Positions 59,966 to 64,000 of a stretch of 64,000 nt of DNA are shown here, piece by piece; position 1 is the stretch's first letter; every line of letters begins with the position of its first letter. The position numbers and the translations under genes were made by a program. The stretch is from an uncultured Verrucomicrobiae bacterium (GTDB taxonomy: Bacteria > Verrucomicrobiota > Verrucomicrobiia > Chthoniobacterales > JAFAMB01). The DNA is taken from NCBI GenBank assembly GCA_963813025.1, contig CAWEXO010000011.1, forward strand, positions 704,001 to 768,000. The letters are read 5' to 3'. The notes beneath the pieces are model-generated. The model saw only the letters and a list, made by a program, of their open reading frames with translations, ran no database searches and was not told where the DNA came from.

Positions 59966-61303
59966 ATGAAAGATCTCTTCGATGACCCGAAAGACCCGAC
60001 GCCGGAGTCTTTCAGCGAGGTCGCCGGTGTTCCTTTAGCCACGCGGATGCGCCCGGCAAATCTCGATGAGTATGTCGGACAACAACACATTCTCGCTCCG
60101 GGCAGACTTTTGCGGCGAGCGATTGAGGCGGACCGAATAGCCTCAATTCTGCTTTATGGTCCTCCCGGGGTCGGAAAAACAAGCCTCGCTCAGGTAATTG
60201 CCGCGAGCACAAAAAGTCATTTCGAACGGCTCAGCGGAGTGGAAAGTTCGGTCGCGGATATCCGGCGTGTGGCCGGTTCGGCCGCGTTGCGACTGAAAAC
60301 CAGCGGTGTCAAAACGATCCTGTTCATCGACGAGATCCATCGGTTTAACAAAGCCCAGCAGGATGTGCTCCTGCCTGACGTAGAGAATGGCATCGTCCGA
60401 TTAATCGGCGCGACGACTCTGAATCCCTTCTTCTATGTCAACAGCCCATTGGTATCGCGTTCCCAGATTTTTCAGCTTGAGCCGCTCACGGACGCGGATC
60501 TGGTCACCTTGATGCAGCGTGCGCTCGCTGACCCGCAGCGTGGTTTAGGTCGGTACCGAGTGAGAGTCGACGAGGAAGCGCTGCAGTTTCTGGCGACCTC
60601 TAGCGAAGGCGACGCCCGGCGGGCCTTGAACGCCCTAGAAATTGCGGTGCTCACTACCGCGCCGGGTCAGGACCAGACGATCGTAGTGACTCGCGGCATT
60701 GCCGCAGAGAGTATTCAGAAAAAGGCCGTAGTGTATGATGCCGACGATACCGGGCATTACGACACCATCAGCGCCTTCATCAAGAGCGTGCGCGGTTCTG
60801 ATCCGGACGCCGCACTGTATTGGTTGGCCAAGATGCTTTACGCCGGCGAAGACGTGCGGTTTATTGCGCGCCGGATCGTCATCGCGGCATCTGAAGACGT
60901 TGGCATGGCCGATCCGCAGGCTCTCCTGGTGGCGGTTGCCGCCCAGCAGGCGGTCGAGTTTGTCGGTTTGCCGGAGGCACGAATTCCGCTGGCGCACGCG
61001 GCGGTTTACCTGGCGACGGCGCCAAAGAGCAATCGGGCGTACGCCGGTCTCAATCAGGCAACCTCCGATGTGGAGAAAGGCCGAGTGCTGCCGGTGCCAA
61101 AATATCTTCGCGGATCGGGTTCGAAGCTTCTCGGGGAAGGCGACGGCTACAAATATGCGCACGATTATGAAGGCGCCTACGTAGCTCAGGCCTATGTGCC
61201 AGAAGGCCGAACCTATTATCTGCCCAGCGATAACGGTTTTGAGAAACAGATCAGAGAAAGGCTCGAGCATTGGCGCCGGCTGTTTGAGGAACAATCAAAA
61301 TGA
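59966..61303 (+). CDS. rarA: Replication-associated recombination protein A
   Basis: PLATRMRP, GPPGVGKT, FIDEIHRFNKAQQD, SAFIKSVRGSDPDAALYWLA. Confidence 0.96.
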   Translation: MKDLFDDPKDPTPESFSEVAGVPLATRMRPANLDEYVGQQHILAPGRLLRRAIEADRIASILLYGPPGVGKTSLAQVIAASTKSHFERLSGVESSVADIRRVAGSAALRLKTSGVKTILFIDEIHRFNKAQQDVLLPDVENGIVRLIGATTLNPFFYVNSPLVSRSQIFQLEPLTDADLVTLMQRALADPQRGLGRYRVRVDEEALQFLATSSEGDARRALNALEIAVLTTAPGQDQTIVVTRGIAAESIQKKAVVYDADDTGHYDTISAFIKSVRGSDPDAALYWLAKMLYAGEDVRFIARRIVIAASEDVGMADPQALLVAVAAQQAVEFVGLPEARIPLAHAAVYLATAPKSNRAYAGLNQATSDVEKGRVLPVPKYLRGSGSKLLGEGDGYKYAHDYEGAYVAQAYVPEGRTYYLPSDNGFEKQIRERLEHWRRLFEEQSK

Positions 61304-63099
61304 AAAGCTTTTTTGGTTCGTTGTTAGGCACTCTGGTTGCCATGTTTCTCTGCGTCGCCGGGCTGGCCTTCATTTTGCTTTTGTTGATAGGTCTGGCGGC
61401 GCTCCGGGGTAACAAAGCGTTTCAGGTAACCAATAATTCTTTGCTGGTCTTTGATGTTTCCGCGCCGATCAATGATGCGCCGCCCGAGCCATCCCTGGCC
61501 GCCGCTCTGAGCCAGGGACCAACGGGTCAGGAACCTACCCTCACCCTGCGTGAAGTGCTCACCGGTATTGACAGGGCCGCCACCGATAAGCGGATCAAGG
61601 GGATATTTCTGACCGGCAACGTCACGCCATCCGGTTACGCCTCTGGGTACGCTGCGCTCAAGGAAATACGGGAAGCGCTTCTTCGATTCAAAAAACACGG
61701 CAAACCCGTGTACGCCTATCTCCTCGTGCCGATGGCCCCGACTCTTTACCTGGCCTCCGTGGCTGACAGAATTTTTATTGATCCGCAGGGGGCTATGCTG
61801 GTTCATGGACCGGCGGCCGTGCGCCTTTATTTTGCGGATGCATTTCAAAAATATGGGATCGGAGTCCAAGTCACCCGAGTCGGCAAATACAAGTCGGCAG
61901 TCGAGCCATTCATCACAGACAAAATGAGTCCGGCCGATCGCGAGCAAACGCAGACGCTGTTGGCCGATCTCTGGTTCGAGATCAGCTCGGCGATCGAGGA
62001 ATCTCGCAAGCTTCCCAAAGGCGCTCTGCAGCAGATGATCTCGCAGGAGGGTCTGATCGATCCGCAAGCAGCGGTGAAAGCCAGTCTGGGAACCGACCTG
62101 GTCTCTCTCCCGCAAGTCGTTGCCGAACTCGAAAAGCAGTACGGCACCGACTCGGCAAAGAACACCTTTCCGCAGGTGGCTCTTGATACCTATGTGAACA
62201 GTCTGGAATCCAGCCGGCGCGCAGTGAACGGGCCGAAGGTCGCGATCGTCTATGCGGAGGGCGATATCGTCGATGGTGAAGGTCAACCCGGCGAGATCGG
62301 CGGAGACAAACTTGCCCGCCAGATTCACTCCTTGGCGGCGGACAACTCGGTAAAGGCAATTCTGTTGCGGGTAAACAGTCCCGGCGGCAGTGCCCTGGCG
62401 TCAGAAGTGATTCGACGGGAACTGCAGCGAGCGGCTCCGACGAAGCCGGTGATCGTTTCCATGGGTACCGTGGCGGCCTCGGGCGGCTACTGGATTACGA
62501 CGGCTGCGAGCCAGGTATTCGCGGAACCGACCACTATTACCGGGAGCATCGGTGTCTTTGGACTACTTTTTAACATCCAGAAGCTCGCCAATGATCATGG
62601 GGTAACCTTTGACTCGGCTACCACGACCCCTTTTGATTTGCTTGGCACGATCTCGCGTCCGCAAAGCCCGGCCGAACTCGCGGCGATCCAGAAAGTCATT
62701 GACAAGATCTATGATGATTTCATTGAGCGAGTCTCTAAGGCGCGCAAAATTCCTGCGGAACAGGTCAATGAAATTGCGCAGGGAAGGGTTTGGGCCGGTT
62801 CGGAAGCGCTGAAACTCAAGCTGGTGGACGAAGTCGGCGGGCTACGGGAAGCCTTGGCTTACGCCGGCAACAAAGTCGGCCTGGGGGAACATCCTTCTTT
62901 TGTCGAGTACCCGGCTCGGCAGGAACTTGAGCAAAAGATCGTGGAGCTCCTTCGCGGCCGCCAACGTCCGCCGGTCACCAAACTAGGTGTTCTCGGAAGC
63001 GCGCTGGAAGAGTTTAAAGAGGATCTCAAGAGCCTGAACTCCTTGAACGATCCAGAGCACGCGTACGCCCGGCTTCCAATCGGCATCCATTGGGAGTGA
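61300..63099 (+). CDS. sppA: Signal peptide peptidase SppA, 67-kDa type
   Basis: VGKYKSAVEP, RVNSPGGS, AASGGY, TITGSIGV, AQGRVW. Confidence 0.95.
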   Translation: MKSFFGSLLGTLVAMFLCVAGLAFILLLLIGLAALRGNKAFQVTNNSLLVFDVSAPINDAPPEPSLAAALSQGPTGQEPTLTLREVLTGIDRAATDKRIKGIFLTGNVTPSGYASGYAALKEIREALLRFKKHGKPVYAYLLVPMAPTLYLASVADRIFIDPQGAMLVHGPAAVRLYFADAFQKYGIGVQVTRVGKYKSAVEPFITDKMSPADREQTQTLLADLWFEISSAIEESRKLPKGALQQMISQEGLIDPQAAVKASLGTDLVSLPQVVAELEKQYGTDSAKNTFPQVALDTYVNSLESSRRAVNGPKVAIVYAEGDIVDGEGQPGEIGGDKLARQIHSLAADNSVKAILLRVNSPGGSALASEVIRRELQRAAPTKPVIVSMGTVAASGGYWITTAASQVFAEPTTITGSIGVFGLLFNIQKLANDHGVTFDSATTTPFDLLGTISRPQSPAELAAIQKVIDKIYDDFIERVSKARKIPAEQVNEIAQGRVWAGSEALKLKLVDEVGGLREALAYAGNKVGLGEHPSFVEYPARQELEQKIVELLRGRQRPPVTKLGVLGSALEEFKEDLKSLNSLNDPEHAYARLPIGIHWE

Positions 63100-63378
63100 G
63101 AGGGGCACTGCTCGTCCTGATCGAGATGTAATCCAACAATAAGGAGGTCAAGCGGGAGCTTGCCCCTGCCGACCTTGGGTGTTGCAGGACCAAGCTCTTT
63201 CTCTGACGTGTCCGCCATAGCTTCAGCGACGGAGGAGGCGGAAGTTGGGTGGGGACGGACTTCTGCGCGGTAGGGATGAGCTCCGGCTCGTCCGAATCGC
63301 GAATTGCCTTGCGCTGAGACGGTCAAGCAGGAGCTGGCACAGGGACGTAGACCCTCCCGGGGTCCTCCGCGACATCGC

Positions 63379-64000
63379 TCAACCGTGAAAGGCCCGTCCT
63401 TCCTGGTACATCCGCAGCCGGTCCTGCATGCCAGCCAGTTGCTCTTTCCGATCGTCCGCATCGAGCCGCTGCATGGCCCAGCTCTGATATTTCTGCGCAT
63501 CGGCGAAATCGCCGCTTTCGGCATAGGCCGCCGCCAGAGTGTCGATCGCAAAAGAGTTTGTCCATTGGCTGAGAGTGCAGGCCCGGAGAGCGAGTGAAAC
63601 CGCCTTCCTGCCATTGCGGACCCGCGAATCACTCGCGGTAGCCAACATCCAGGCCAGGTCATTCAGGGTTCCGGGATCATTCGGCTGCAGCTTGACCGCT
63701 GCTTCCAAAGATTGGCGCGCCTCCGGATAACGCCCAGACTCGATACAGCTCCGGCCTTTGCTTTCGTAAAGCTCCGCCAGGAGAGCGGGCGAGACGTTAT
63801 CCTTTCGCGCCAGGCGAATACTGGTGTCGATAAGTTGCAGCGCCTCATCCTCTCGTTTGGCCAAAGTCAGGACCGCCGCCTTCAAGAAGTACGCGCGCCA
63901 ATTCCGAGGGTTCGTGGCAATCACCTGGTCGATGATGTTCAGGGCGTCGTTGACGTTGCCGGCCTGGGCCAGTTTAAAAGCATCATCCAGCGCTGCTTGA
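63379..64000 (-). CDS. Tetratricopeptide repeat protein, 5' truncated by window
   Basis: LNDLAWMLAT..RNGRKAV, IDTLAAAYAESGDF; frame stays open towards the window end. Confidence 0.85.
   Translation of the reverse strand, partial: QAALDDAFKLAQAGNVNDALNIIDQVIATNPRNWRAYFLKAAVLTLAKREDEALQLIDTSIRLARKDNVSPALLAELYESKGRSCIESGRYPEARQSLEAAVKLQPNDPGTLNDLAWMLATASDSRVRNGRKAVSLALRACTLSQWTNSFAIDTLAAAYAESGDFADAQKYQSWAMQRLDADDRKEQLAGMQDRLRMYQEGRAFHG

Noticed and set aside
1..64000. tRNA, rRNA, integrase or prophage genes
   Set aside because: None recognised by eye; a covariance-model scan would be needed to exclude small RNAs

Overview
Bacterial chromosomal window. Gene content (long IspH, 3D-domain lipoprotein, 67-kDa SppA, repeat families) suggests Verrucomicrobiota, probably Chthoniobacterales; this is inference. 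A housekeeping and envelope backbone (ispH, L,D-transpeptidase, lipid A acyltransferase, oppA, secG, prolyl oligopeptidase, DD-carboxypeptidase, hsp20 pair, cynS, trxB, hisF, Fur, rarA, sppA) is interleaved with accessory blocks: a GT2/methyltransferase/triple GT-C-like glycosylation locus, an MrpEFGBCDD antiporter-glutaminase-GltS-RND block, four IS elements and many REP/MITE-like repeats. Three things stand out. (1) A compact, translationally coupled putative RiPP cluster at 50.6-53.5 kb (minus): an NTF2/SnoaL-like gene, a Tat-leader precursor with four W-[IL]-N-R-W repeats, a SPASM-only partner protein and a radical SAM/SPASM enzyme. (2) An IS621-like IS110 element (29730-31054) whose bridge RNA guides, CT core, REP target and circle-junction promoter can be read from the sequence. 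(3) Miniature internally deleted four-helix-bundle elements with hexamer-repeat arms that flank the oligopeptidase gene; both IS630s sit in such arms. Many single-base frameshifts, densest at 42-54 kb, look like long-read errors, so split genes are reported as probably intact. No rRNA, tRNA or CRISPR array was recognised.
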